Part shown: positions 24,971-38,286 of the stretch, piece by piece
How positions within the stretch are numbered: position 1 is the stretch's first letter
How the letters are laid out: each line of letters starts with the position of its first letter
From: Octopus sinensis
Lineage: Eukaryota
Assembly (NCBI RefSeq): GCF_006345805.1
Contig: NC_043005.1
Coordinates: 85,374,001-85,438,000 of the forward strand
Length of the DNA stretch: 64,000 bases
Direction: 5' to 3'
Made by a program: the position numbers and the translations under genes
Notes under the pieces: model-generated
What the model saw: the letters and a program-made list of their open reading frames with translations, nothing else
The model's database searches: none
What the model was told of the DNA's origin: nothing

Positions 24971-25657
24971 AAAATTAAATAATAAGGGTAGAAATTGATA
25001 TTAATCAATTAAAACCGGTGGCTTAGCATATTTTTTTTAAAATCCGAAGATTAAAAATTGTGTTACATACAAAATTGAGAGGAATGACCACTAAAGTGGA
25101 CACCTAATATGCTAAACATAGACATCAAATAGCTATTACCACAAAGAATGTGCTCTCAAGAAAAATCTCACCAAAATGTAAAAATGTGCAAGACAAATGA
25201 AAATGTACGAAATAAAAAACGATTACCTATATACCATGGTTTCACTTGTTAATATCTACATATATAAACACGTAAATATCTGCAAGATCGTCAGCGTAGT
25301 CTGTCGCTTACAAAACACAATTTCCAGAACTAGATGCAGAACCCGCAACCGAAATCGAACCTGTATAAAGTTCTACAAATTATATTTGGGTGTATTTTTC
25401 AAATGTCTTCACTTTAGCGCACTGAGGCTGGAAATTACTCTGCAGTTAATTAATTTCAGCAGCTAATTTACCAGTTAGAGAATATTTTTTTTTATTCAAA
25501 ATTAAATAATAAGGGTAGAAATTGATATTAATCAATTAAAACCATTTGTCTTGATATTTTTCTTGAGAACACATTCTTCGTGGTAATGGCGATTTGATGT
25601 TTATGTTTAGCATATAGGGTGTGCACTTTAGTGCTCATTCCTCTTAATTTTGTATGT
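24971..25657 (-). mobile_element. PLE-type HHR element family D (527-bp unit plus direct and inverted partial copies)
   Basis: 46-bp direct repeat at 24971-25016 and 25498-25543. 25543-25657 is an inverted copy of ~25065-25199. HHR motif at 25227-25299. Confidence 0.8.
25227..25299 (-). ncRNA. Type I hammerhead motif (family D)
   Basis: CUACG-CUGACGA-UCUUG...CAAGU-GAAA-CCAUGG-UA/UAUAG. Palindromic stem III ACCAUGGU, GUA site, with mismatches in stems I and II. Confidence 0.7.
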
Positions 25658-25659
25658 AT

Positions 25660-26040
25660 GCTTTTATTCTTTTATTTGTTTCAGTCATTTGAATGCAGCC
25701 ATGCTGGAGCACTACCCTTTTAGTTGAACAAATTGACCCCCAGGATTTATTCGTTGTATCAATCTCTTTTGCCAAACCGCTAAGTTACTGCAACATAAGC
25801 TCACTAACATTAGTTGTCAAGTGATAGTGGGGGGTACGAACACAGCCATACATACGTACACACACACATATATACACGATGGGCTTCTTTCAGTTTCCGT
25901 CTACTAAATCTACTCACAAGTCTATGGTTGGCCCATGGTTATAGTTGAAGACACTCACCCAAGGTGCCATGCAGTGGGACTGAATCTGAAACCATGTAGT
26001 TGGTAAGCAAGCTACTTACCACACAGCCACTCCTGCACCT
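25660..26040 (-). mobile_element. CORE-like SINE copy
   Basis: Same family as 2255. Confidence 0.8.
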
Positions 26041-26061
26041 ATATATAAATATATATTTATG

Positions 26062-26092
<31 letters not shown>

Positions 26093-26686
26093 AATTACAC
26101 ACATATATATATATATAAATTATATAGTTATCGCCAAGCTAATATGGCAGTCCATAAATATAGGACTAAAGCTGCCGTTGATTAGCTCCAAGAGGCCATC
26201 GCCTCTAGCTAGCTATATAACACACGAACTTGTGTCCATTATGACCATCGAACAAGGGAGGTCAGCTGCTTCCCCTTGCTGGTCAGGCATCTGCAGACAC
26301 GTTTCAGGGTATTTGCCCTTTATCAATGCACATATATATACACACACATACACACACATATATACACACTCACATACACACACATATATACACACACACA
26401 TACCTACATACATATGCATATATATATGTATACATATATACATGCACACATGCATACATGTACATAGACACACACACATACACGTACAGAGAGAGTGAAA
26501 GTGAGTGAGTGAGAGAAAAGGTGTGTGAAAGAGAGAGAGAGTATATATGTAGAAGCACACATAGATGAAGAGTAGATTGATATATCCGTATCTAGAATCA
26601 TACCTGTATCTATACACATATGTATACAGACAGATATATAATCATACGCTTACATATACAGACACTCACACATATGCATTCACACA

Positions 26687-27082
26687 TCTTTATATATAAA
26701 AGAGAGGTTGTGTGCTGTCTGTCTCCTACGATTTAGATTCCTAACTACTCCCACATTTTGCGGTGCAGTTTAACCAAAACCGGGTGTCTTATAGTCGTAA
26801 TTCTTATCGAGCCCTTCTGGGTATTAGCGCGCATCTACGATGAGTCTATGATATTTTTAAAAATTTACCATCAATTTTTCCCATTTTAATGCATTTTTGG
26901 CATATATAAGGGAAGTAACTCTCTAAAAAATTTTTTTTAAATCTCAGAACGTAAAAAGCTACAGTAACACACCCCCCTTTGTGGTTAGCCATATTGAGAT
27001 GGCTATTATACTTTACCTCTCTAAAAATGCTTATATAGTTATTTCCCTTACAAACCCGAGCAACGCCGGGCGATACTGCTAG
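26687..27082 (+). mobile_element. Non-autonomous Helitron
   Basis: A|TCTTTATATATAAA...CCCGAGCAACGCCGGGCGATACTGCTAG|T. Confidence 0.85.
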
Positions 27083-27379
27083 TCATTTATAAGATGACGT
27101 TAAGAGATGAATCTCTACATCTTTCCCAATCTTTCTTTCTCTCTGTCATCCAGATTCTAATAATATGTTTGCTTAAAGTTTACTGCCTCATTCACTTTTG
27201 TTTACGTTGTTTACGTTCTGAATGGCTTGAGCACAATCTGAAACTGCTCCAGGAAATACAAATTAATATAATCTAATGAAATATTTATAAAGACATTCCA
27301 AATTTAAACCAAATTTATCACTAGACTTCAATATTATTAACTAAACTTCTATGTTTGTAGTTTAAACAATCGATCAATA

Positions 27380-27745
27380 TATATTTTTTTCTTTTATTTG
27401 TTTCGGTCATTTGACTGTGGCCATGCTGGAGCACTTCCTTTAACTGAACAAGTCAATGCCAGGCCTTATTCTTTTGAAAGCTTTATTCTATTGAACACTT
27501 TTGCCGAACTGCTAAGTCACAGGGACATAAACACACTAACATCAGATACACAAACATAATACATATATATATATATATACAATGGGCTTCTTTCAGTTTC
27601 CATCTACCAAAGCTACTCACAAGGCTTTGGTCAGCCCGAGGCTATAGTAGAAGATACTTGCCCAAGGTGCTGCATGGTTGGACTGAACCCGAAATCATAT
27701 GGTTAAGAAGTAAGCTTCTTATCACATAGCCATGCCTGTGCCTAT
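27380..27745 (-). mobile_element. CORE-like SINE copy
   Basis: Same family as 2255. Confidence 0.8.
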
Positions 27746-27794
27746 ATATATATATTATATATATATATATATATATAGATATATATATATATAT

Positions 27795-27828
<34 letters not shown>

Positions 27829-28091
27829 ATATATATATTAATTATTATTTGAGGGAATATCAATCCAAACTTACAAGGAAAAAATTCAATTTAGAAATAC
27901 TAAATCAAATTTCACACAATATAATATATATATATAAAAAATTAGAAAAAGCCCACTTTTTATCAATTCAAAATGAACAATTACATTGCACCATCTAGAA
28001 AATTACATATAATAGAAATATTAAAATTAAAATAACAATAAAATATCAATGATTAAGTAAATTGCAAAAAAAACGTATATAATTGGTAGAA

Positions 28092-28180
28092 TAACGACAC
28101 GTGTTTCGTGGCTATATTTAAGAAATGATTATAATAGTAGTAAAATCACTTCAATATAAATATAGCCGCTCATCAGGTTA
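28092..28180 (-). ncRNA. Type I hammerhead (family E) within an AT-rich element spanning ~27842-28200
   Basis: UAAC-CUGAUGA-GC-GGCUAUAUUU...AAAUAUAGCC-AC-GAAA-CACGUG-UC/GUUA. 10-bp stem II, palindromic stem III, GUC site. Confidence 0.85.
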
Positions 28181-28229
28181 AAAATAAACTAGAATAATAA
28201 AATAATTAATAGATAAATATAATTAATAG

Positions 28230-28279
<50 letters not shown>

Positions 28280-28719
28280 ATACTAAATATACATAAGTGA
28301 AAACGAAAACAATACTTAAATTATTAAATAATTTAAAATTAATTAAAATGCATATTAATTCTTATATCTATCTATACGTATACTCCTATTTATATACTTG
28401 TATATATACCCCTATTCAACTATTAATTATTTCATTACTGTTTTTATCCAATTTGCCAGCAATTTATTGAGAGAACTGACCTGCCATAAATGCTGACAAT
28501 GAAGTAAGCTTGCAAAATCCTGTTTGCAAAATTCAAGTGTGTCACTGTTGCACCTATTTCTTCACAGCCATTTCCACCTCGTATGTGTCATCAAATCTCT
28601 GTCCTCAAAGACTGTCCTTCATTGACCAAAACGATGAAAGTCAGGAGACATCAGATGCTGAAGGGAGGAGAGGTGGACAACTGACCAACACAAATTGCTA
28701 ATTGCCTGATTTGTTGCAT

Positions 28720-29262
28720 GACCTTCGAACATTAGGCTTCACTGAGGCAATGACTAGTGACCGAGACTTTTGGAAATATGCAGTGTGGGAAAAGACCCAG
28801 CAAGCCAAGTGAGATCATAAACTGTGGTCAATGCCAGGGGTGTAACCAGCCCACTTATGCATACCTTTCCTTTACTGGACACTAAACTCTACTTGCGAAG
28901 ACCTGTTGAAGCAAGTGAAATCAAAATCGAATCAAATTCGATGACTGGCATCCGTGTCAGTGGAGCACTAAGAGCACCATCCAAGCATGATCATTGCCAG
29001 TGTAGCTGACTGGTGGAACATAAAAAACACCATTTGAGAGTGGCTGTTGCCAGTACCACCTGACTGGCCCTTGTGCTGGTGGCACATAAAAGCACTCACT
29101 GCACTCTTGGAGTAGTTGGTATTAGGAATGACATCCAGCTGTAGAAACTCTGCTAGATCAGATTGGAGCCTAGTGTAACCATCTGATTTGCCAGTCCTCA
29201 GTTAAATCGTCCAACCCATGCTAGCATGGAAAACAGATGTTAAACGATGATTATGATGATGA
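28720..29262 (+). mobile_element. 5'-truncated RTE LINE (ORF end plus 3' UTR)
   Basis: Translates HDLRTLGFTEAMTSDRDFWKYAVWEKT...*, then the subrepeat-rich UTR and (ATG)n tail. Confidence 0.8.
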
Positions 29263-29289
29263 TGTTGCTAAAGATGAATGTGATACAGA

Positions 29290-29462
29290 ATTGTTATGAT
29301 TATCAGACACTTGTTCAGTGTCTTACTCCCAATAGCTGCCCTAACCATTTTCAGTGTCTCAAAGTACCACTTACCATTTAAGGTACAGCCATGTCCTAGA
29401 AAATCATGAGGAATGATGCCCTCGTTATGCCCTAAAACGGTGATCACAGGTTTATCCATCAA
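29290..29462 (-). mobile_element. Mariner transposase relic
   Basis: EGIIPHDFL..GCTLNGKWYFETLKMVRAAI matches the mariner catalytic-domain interior. Confidence 0.65.
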
Positions 29463-30459
29463 TCATTGGCTCTTGAACTTCTTCCATTCCATATATAACA
29501 TGTCAGGTTTTGTCTCACATGTTCCTACGTTATTCCTAGGTATTTCTACCCCTACTTTTGTTTTGATATTTCTTATAAAAGCAAGTAAATATATATATAT
29601 TTGTATTTTCAATGCTGGCCTTGCATTCTCTTTCTAAAATCAATGACTTTTTTTAACGATTGCAATACTTTAATACCAAGTTCAGACTAATTGAATTTAT
29701 AAATAGTCAAAAAGCACTTCAGCTGAAACGATCTGCATTCTTTTGTTCAAACATTGTGTATCTATGTCTACATTCACACATTTCATTCATATTATTTCTC
29801 AGACACAAGAATTTTATTTTGGGAAAATTTAGTTTCTATTTCTAACAGGACAATTGCTCGTGATGACTTTCTCCTGGTGGCGATTGTCATCCTTATTTAA
29901 TTCTCAAATGTTCATAGAAACCTGATTATTTATTAGGTTTACACACAATCTCATTTACTTATGAACTGTTTGACATTCTGTAGTCACACAGTGAACTATA
30001 AACAGAAGTGTTCTTTACATCCTATGCTCCAACGTCACCCATTTTCTATAAATGCAAAACTGTAATTCAGCTGAGAGATCAAAAGATTCTAAATTTTCCT
30101 GATGAAGTTTAATGAGTTGGAAATGTATGCGTAATTGGTATAAATGAATAAATACGAGATAGATTAGCCATGCCCTTGTTTGTTTGTCGTACAAATGTGT
30201 TTGTGAAGATTTTAAAACAAAATAAACGGTGACAAAAAAAATTATCTTCAAAAATTGGAGAAAATGAATGCTAAATACGAATGATGAAACAAAGATGATA
30301 TGCTAGGTGGAAAACCAATTCTACAGAATGTGAATATGTTTGAAGCAATAAGGGATCTTAAACAGGTTATTTTAAATATGGAATTGTGGCTCTTAGGGAA
30401 ATTCTGTGGTAACAGACATGCTTAATATTATATATATATACATATATTTATATATCATC

Positions 30460-30680
30460 CTCATTTAACGTCTGCTTTCCATGCTGGCATGCATTGAACA
30501 ATTTGACGGGAGCTGGAAAGACTGGGGGCTGCACCAGGCTCTGTTGTCTGCCCTGGAATGGTTTTTATGGCTGGATGCCCTTCCTAACACCAATCACTTT
30601 ATAGAATTTACTGGGTACTTTTTATGCAGTACCAGCACGTGTACTTTTCATGTGGCATGGCACCAACACTGGCATCAATT
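30460..30680 (-). mobile_element. RTE 3' tail fragment
   Basis: 'tttaacgtctgctttccatgctggcat...gctggatgcccttcctaacacc'. Confidence 0.75.
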
Positions 30681-30714
<34 letters not shown>

Positions 30715-30887
30715 ATATATATATATATTATAATATATATATCTATATATGTGCGTCTGTTTTCCATATGGCATGCACATATACATGCATGTGTCCGTAT
30801 ATTATATAAATATATATTTGTGTATGTATCTCTCTTTCTCTCTCTCTCTATATATATATATATAATATATATATTATATATATAAAT

Positions 30888-30938
<51 letters not shown>

Positions 30939-30943
30939 GTATG

Positions 30944-30975
<32 letters not shown>

Positions 30976-31015
30976 GATATATATATATATATATATATGT
31001 ATGTATATATATATA

Positions 31016-31083
<68 letters not shown>

Positions 31084-31342
31084 ATAATATATATATATAT
31101 ATATGTGTGTGTATATATGTGTGTGTGTATATATATATATGTATATATAAATAGATGAGTGTATTTTACTTGTTAACAATTAACACGGAAAAATAAGTAA
31201 ATAGTTACCAGGGCAGCAAAAATCTCACAAGTAAAGGTGTTGTAACTCCTTGTTTAAAAAGGTAGAAACTTCGTATTTACGTTGAATATTTGAATAATAT
31301 GAATAAAACATGGAGTTAACGCAGGTGTAAACAAATATTTTT

Positions 31343-31428
31343 ACTTTCGACACATGTTTCGAAAATTCCACTGATACTATTCAAAAGAATAAATGGTATA
31401 AACAATGCAATCTTCTCTTCGGGAAAGT
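31343..31428 (-). ncRNA. Type I hammerhead with CCGAAGA core (family F)
   Basis: ACUUUC-CCGAAGA-GAAGA...UUUUC-GAAA-CAUGUG-UC/GAAAGU. 6-bp stem I, GUC site, U4C core variant. Confidence 0.7.
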
Positions 31429-31629
31429 GAAAAAAACGAAACTCGTCAATACGACATTTTAGCAAAAAATGATGGATTTGTATAGCGACAGACAGAACGC
31501 TATTAATATTCTTTAAAAAAACGTTATATGATATAACGTCATAAGTAGCTAACAGAAAGAGTAGGGATATTAATAGTGAATGTTAAATATAAAGGAAATT
31601 AAAGTTTAAATTATATATAATGATAGAGA

Positions 31630-32062
31630 CTACTTATATGCACTAAATGTATGTTTCTGCCAATGCTTATATCTGTATGCTCGTTCTATAACCGTGTTTA
31701 CTAGAGTATTTTTAGAAAAAATAATGAAAAATAGCTCAGAATTGCAGAGAAGACAGAATTTCTTGCCTTTGTCATATGGTATCGAAATTGAGAGGATCAA
31801 CCATTCTAAATGAAGTTGTTCATTGTGGTCTTTTAAATCCCAAATCAGTTTGCTGAGACCGGTACTATTCCGTTTATTTCTATCCCTAAATGTTGAGTAA
31901 TGGATAGAAATTCTTTTAAATAACTCTAACGATGTGCTTCCAATGTAAAATCGTACTTTATTACGAGTAGTGATTATACACTGGTATAGAGAATTTTTAA
32001 TCTTAGAGTTACTTGATATAAATTTAATTCTATTGGAATTGACTTCAGATACAATAACCTTG
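31630..32062 (-). CDS. GIY-YIG endonuclease fragment of a truncated Penelope-like element
   Basis: SLYQCII...[19 protein letters not shown]...[15 protein letters not shown]...[15 protein letters not shown]. The ORF-track N-terminus (32063-32205) is an inverted pLTR plus (TA)n. Confidence 0.8.
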
Positions 32063-32159
32063 TTTATTCTTTTGAATAGTATCAGCAGAATTTTCGAAAC
32101 AAGTGTCGAAGGTAAAAATATTTGTTTACACCTGCGTTTACTCCATTTTTTATTCATAT
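32063..32159 (+). repeat. Inverted partial pLTR of element F
   Basis: About 90% identical by eye to the reverse complement of 31298-31393. Confidence 0.85.
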
Positions 32160-32199
32160 ATGTATATATATATATGTATGTATATATATATATATATAT

Positions 32200-32282
<83 letters not shown>

Positions 32283-32662
32283 TATATATACGTATATATA
32301 TATATATGTATATATATGTATATATGTATATATCTATCTATCTATCTATCTATCTATCAATCTATATATATATATATATATTTAGGTTCGAGGTCAAACC
32401 CACAAGAGTAAACAAGAGAGGGAGAAACGGGTAGAAACAAGGAAAATGCCCCTTGTATTTGAATACTATTAAAATATTCTTTTAAAAAACTTTCCTTTTA
32501 ATTTTCACAAAATTTAATTGTTTTCCATACTTACAGTTGAAAAAGTCTAAATGATCGAAACTGGTTCTGAAATGTTTTTTATAAAATTATTTTAGCATTT
32601 TCTACCTTGACTTTTCTTTCCATCTATACATATACATATATATATATATATAATATATATAT

Positions 32663-32695
<33 letters not shown>

Positions 32696-33125
32696 ACATA
32701 TAGACATATGTAGCTTTATTTCAGTGAAAACATCCCATTTTTCCACACCGGTAAAACATTTAAACAGATGTGACATGAATATTGAGAAGCATTTAAATCT
32801 TTTGTTCACTTTCATCCACAGTGTACAGTGCAGACATTGCAAATTGTAGGTCAACTGCATCACCAACAGATTATAGTTCTTAATATATTATGCTGTTGAA
32901 CATCAAATGCTCAGCATCAAGTAATGCAGGATATGGAAATTAGTGTGGCTCTTTCAAACAATATTCTACTCAGAGCCTGATTTAAATATTGATTGCTCTA
33001 TCATAATGCTTTCGTTTTCAGTATGCTGGCAAGGTTTTATATATATGTATATATCTATCTATCTATGTGTGTGTGTATATATATATATATATAAATATAT
33101 ATTGATAGATAGATAGATATACATA

Positions 33126-33156
<31 letters not shown>

Positions 33157-33243
33157 ATCTATCTATCTATCTATCTCTATCTATATATATAGGGAAAAAA
33201 TATGTACCGCTGAGTCCTTGGCATCATGTTTTTATTTTGATCA

Positions 33244-33303
<60 letters not shown>

Positions 33304-33325
33304 TATATATATATATATTATATAT

Positions 33326-33600
33326 GTGGAGGCGCAATGGCCCAGTGGTTAGGGCAGCGGCCTCGCGGTCGTAGGATCGCGGTTTCGATTCCCAGACCAG
33401 TGAGTGTTTATTGAGCGAAAACACCTAAAGTTCCATGAGGCTCTGGCAGGGGATGGTAGCGATCCCTGCTGCACTCTTTCGCTACAACTTTCTCTCACTC
33501 TTTCTTCTGTTGGCCTGCTCGCTTAGCCAGCGGGGTGGCGTTCTTTGAAGGCTAAAACAATGCGAAGTGCATTGTGACCAGCGATGTGTAGCCTGATCGA
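33326..33600 (+). mobile_element. tRNA-derived SINE (OR-like)
   Basis: 'ggcgcaatggcccagtggttagggcagcgg...ggtttcgattccc'. Paralogue at 34650. Confidence 0.8.
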
Positions 33601-34206
33601 AGAAAAAAAAAATATATATATATGCAATCATATATGTAATATATATATATACATATATATACAAAGCATGGGAGTTTAGTTCACAGGTGATCTAAACGAC
33701 TAGGTACACTAAGTAAGTGCTATAATGGATTACTAGGGCTCCAAGGTTATAGCCCAGACCATAATTATGGAACCATTGTAGATTTCTGATACAGCAGACA
33801 TTTAATTGTGAAAGAGAACAACAAACATTAAGGCAAAACAAACAATACAAGTCATATATCATTCTTTAACGATTATATACATACATACATACATACATAC
33901 ATACACACACACATACATACACACATACATACATACACACACACATACATACATACACACACACGTACATACATACATACATACATACATACATACATAC
34001 ATACATACATACATGATGGCCGTCCACTCGTGACCGAGGAAGACCATTGCTGACCTTCAGGAAAATTGTGCGCTCTAGGACTAACTTATATTTTGCATTT
34101 GCAGCTCCGTTGGTGGCTGAGAAAGTCAGAGCCAGATAAATCTATACCAATATATCTCTGTATATTTCTATATCTGTATATCTATCTCATTCTAAATATA
34201 TATATG

Positions 34207-34630
34207 TATAGGCATGGGAGTGGCTGTGTGGTAAGTATCTTGCTTCCCAATCACATGGTTTTGGGTTCATTCCCACTACCTGGCACCTTTGGCAAGTGTC
34301 TTCTACTATAGCCCCGGGCTGACCAAAGACTTGTGAGTGGATTTGGTAGACAGAAACTGAAGGAAGCCTGTCGTATATATGTATATAAATATATATATGT
34401 ATGTGTGTATATATGTTTGTGTATCTGTATTTGTCCCCCCACCATCGCTTGACAACCGATGGTGGTGTATTTACATCCCCGTAACTTAGCGGTTCGGCAA
34501 AAGAGACTGAGACTGATGGAATAAGTACTAGGCTCACAAAGAATAAGTACTGGGGCTGATTTGCTTGACTAAAGGTGGTGCTCCAGCATGGCCACAGTCA
34601 AATGACTGAAACAAGCAAAAAGTAAATGAG
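34207..34630 (+). mobile_element. CORE-like SINE, full bipartite copy
   Basis: Head, (TA/TG)n, then the tail module ending 'gactgaaacaagcaaaaagtaa'. Confidence 0.85.
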
Positions 34631-34649
34631 TGTATATATATATATACAT

Positions 34650-34950
34650 GTGGAGGCGCAATGGCCCAGTGGTTAGGGCAGCGGACTCACGGTCATAGGA
34701 TCGCGGTTTCGATTCCCAGACCGGGCGTTGTGAGTGTTTATTGAGCGAAAAACACCTAAAAGCTCCACGAGGCTTCGGCAGGGGGTGGTGATCCCTGCTG
34801 CACTCTTTCACCACTCTTTCTCTCTTTCTTCTGTTGGCCTGCTCACTTAGCCAGCGGGGTGGCATCATTTGAAGGCTAAAAAACAGTGCAAACGCATTGT
34901 GACCAGCGATGTGTAAAACATCTGATGGTCTGGTCGGTCACGTGATCATG
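34650..34950 (+). mobile_element. tRNA-derived SINE (OR-like)
   Basis: Same family as 33326. Confidence 0.8.
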
Positions 34951-35329
34951 TGACGTGATATATATACATATACATATGCACACATACACACATACACTTA
35001 CACACACATGCACACACAAACACACACACACATATACATAAATATATATATACATATATGCATACATATCGTATAGTATTTTTTTTATTGATATGGTTCT
35101 GTTTTAGCTGTCTCTGAAAGACCATTCAAATTGATTCTTTGATTGACACCATCACTGCTGCTCTTAATCTCCTAATTATTGTCTTCTGTCTGCTCCCAAA
35201 CAATCTCCATCTAAACTCTCAACCATTCTCCACTAAGAAACCCATGGACGCTATTGCAGCTCCCTCCACAATATATATATATATATATACTCACCTCCAT
35301 AAATCATTACTTTCTTCAAAGTAAATCTT

Positions 35330-35448
35330 TCTTGTACTTATTCTATGGGTCACTTTTGCCAGACCACCGAGTTATGGGGATGTTAACACACCAGCATCAG
35401 TTGTCAGGTGATGGTGGGGAGACACACACAGACACACACAGACACACA

Positions 35449-35488
<40 letters not shown>

Positions 35489-35680
35489 ACACACACACAC
35501 AAATACACATACACACATATAAACGACGGGCTTCTTTCAGTTTCCAACGACCAGATCCACTCACAATTTTCTGCTCAGCCTGAGGCTGCAATAGTAGATA
35601 CTTGCCCAAGGTGCCATGCAGTGGGACTGAACCTAGGAGTGGTTGGGAAGCAGGCATTTTCCCACACAGCTACGCCTGCG
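35330..35680 (-). mobile_element. CORE-like SINE copy
   Basis: Same family as 2255. Confidence 0.75.
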
Positions 35681-35839
35681 CCTTATATATCATCATCATC
35701 ATCATCATCATCATTTAACGTCTGCTTTCCATGCTGGCATGGGTTGGACAGTTTGTCCAGGTTTCTACAGCTGGATGCTCTTCCTAATGCCAACCACTCC
35801 AGGAGTGTAGTGGGTGTTTTTTACGGTGTGTGTGTGTGT

Positions 35840-36165
35840 GAAGGCACATGGCTCAGTGGTCAGGGTATTCAGATTATGATCGTACAGTCATGAGTTCAAT
35901 TCCAAGTGATGCATTGTATCCATAAGTAAACACTTTATTTCACACTACTTCAGTTCACTCAGCCGGCAAAAATGAGCAGCACCTTTATTTCAAAGGGGTC
36001 AACCATGTCCCATTCTGTGTGTCACACTGAATCTCCTTGAGAACTACGTTAAGAGTACACATGTCTGTGGAATGCTCAGCCACTTGTACTTTAATATCAT
36101 AAGCAGGCTGTCCGCTGATTGTATCGACTGGAACCCCCATCGTCATAACTAACAGAGTGCCAGGT
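35840..36165 (+). mobile_element. tRNA-derived SINE (OK/OR-like)
   Basis: 'ggcacatggctcagtgg' head and 'gaactacgttaagagtacacatgtctgtgg...ctggaacc' tail. A partial paralogue lies at 38620-38815. Confidence 0.7.
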
Positions 36166-36990
36166 AGCAATATATATATGTATACATACATACACACACA
36201 CACTCATATATATGGGTATACAAATACACAAATAGGCATATGTATACACAAACACATTTGTATTATACACACATAGATGGTGGGACAGATGGGAAGTGAG
36301 AGAGGCAGAAAGATAATTTGCATTTGCAGACATATACACATGTATATGTGTGTGTGTTGTGTGTGTGTGTGCCTGTGTGTCTGTGCATGTGTGCTGTGTG
36401 TGTATACAAATATGTATATATACACCTATGTATATATATAACTACATATATACATATAGGCATATACATATGTATTTACATTTATTCATATATATATACG
36501 TGCATTTATATAGACATTTATGGAAAAACATGTATGTGTGTGTATATATGTGTATATAGGTACATATATGTATATTTATATGTATGTATTTGTGTGTGTA
36601 TGTGCATTTTGGGCGCATGTTTGCATAAGTGTTTGTGTATGTGACTTTGCACTAAAATTCAAACTAGTATTATGTGGGGAAAAATCTACCAGCATTTATG
36701 AATATACATAATATAAATATGTTGTTCAAATCAGCATAGAAGGCACATAAGACTAAAGGTCATATGCAAATTCTTATTCTGGTCACCCCACAAGAGGAAC
36801 AACAACAACAACAAAAAAAAAAAACAACATTAAACTAACACTTGTTTTTGTTGCTTGCATTTGAATACACTCAAAAAAGAAAAGAAAAATGGTATTTGTC
36901 TGTAAATATGCATATTTTGTTATACATAAATATGCATAAACATATGTATGTATGTAAGTATGTATGTATGTATGTATGTATGTATGTATG

Positions 36991-37040
<50 letters not shown>

Positions 37041-37189
37041 CATGTATATGTATGTATGTATGTATGTATGTATCTATCTATCTATCTATCTATCTATATA
37101 TATATATAAATATATGTATAAACATATATATATATATATATATAGGTAGTATAGACATCTATGTAGATACATACTCAAATTTTAGTGTA

Positions 37190-37690
37190 TGAAATCGAAT
37201 CAAATTCAATTTGAAATCGGATCAAATTCAATGACCGGTACTCGTGCCAGCGGAGCGCTAAGAGCACCATCCGAGCGTGATCATTGCTGGAGCAGCTGAC
37301 TGGCTTCAATGCCAGTGGCACGTAAATAGCACCAGTTGAGTGTGATCATTACCAGCGTCGCCATGATGGCACTTGTGCTGGTGGCACATGAAGAAGCATT
37401 TGAGCAAGGTCATTGCCAGTACCACTGGACTGCAAGTGGCACGTAGAAAAACACCATTTGAGCTTGGCCATTGCCAGTACCACCTGACTGGCCCTCATGC
37501 CGGTGGCATGTAAAAGCACCCACTACACTCTCGGAGTGGTTGGCATTAGGAAGGGCATCCAGCTGTAGAAAAGGAACTCTGCCAGATCAGATTGGAGTCT
37601 GGTGCAGCCATCTGGTTTGCCAGTCCTCAGTCAAACTGTCAAACCCATGCTAGCATGGAAAGCAGATGTTAAACGATGATGATGATGATG
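37190..37690 (+). mobile_element. RTE 3' UTR fragment
   Basis: Same family as 28720. Confidence 0.8.
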
Positions 37691-37799
37691 TACATATGAT
37701 ATATATATGTATGTATATATGTATGTATGTGTATGTATGTATGTATGTATGTATGTATGTATGTATGTATGTATGTATGTATGTATGTATGTATGTATG

Positions 37800-38050
37800 T
37801 ATAATCATCATCACCGTTGTATAATGTTCACTTTCCGTGCCAGCATGGGTTGAATTGTTTGAAGACTGGGCAAGCCAGAAGGCTGCACCAGGCTCCAATC
37901 TGATTTGGCAAGGTTTCTACAACAAGATGCCCTTCCTAACACCAACCACTCCAAGAGTGTAGTGGGTGCTTCTTATGTGCCACCGGCACAGAACCCAGTC
38001 ATGCAGCACTGGCCTCAACCACATTTGAATGGTACTTTTTACATGCCATC
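37800..38050 (-). mobile_element. RTE 3' tail fragment
   Basis: Same family as 28720, antisense. Confidence 0.75.
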
Positions 38051-38246
38051 ATGAAATATATATATATATATTACAACCAATGCTTGTGTGTTTATATCCC
38101 TGTCACTTAGTGGTTCGGCAAAAGAGACCAATAGAATAAGTACTGGGCTTACAAAGAATAAGTCCCGGGGACAATTTGCTCAACTAAAGGCGGTGCTCCA
38201 GCATGGCTGCAGTCAATGACTGAAACAAATAAAAGAAAAAAGAAAA

Positions 38247-38286
<40 letters not shown>

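Noticed and set aside
30095-30130. CUGAUGA...GGAAA motif
   Set aside because: No stem II complementarity and no NUH/stem I register.
32063-32205. N-terminal part of ORF 31630..32205
   Set aside because: It is the inverted pLTR plus (TA)n read in frame by chance.
33326-33400. tRNA-like sequences (also 21935, 22880, 34650, 45175, 48900)
   Set aside because: They lack a complete acceptor stem and continue into repeat bodies; these are SINE heads, not tRNA genes.
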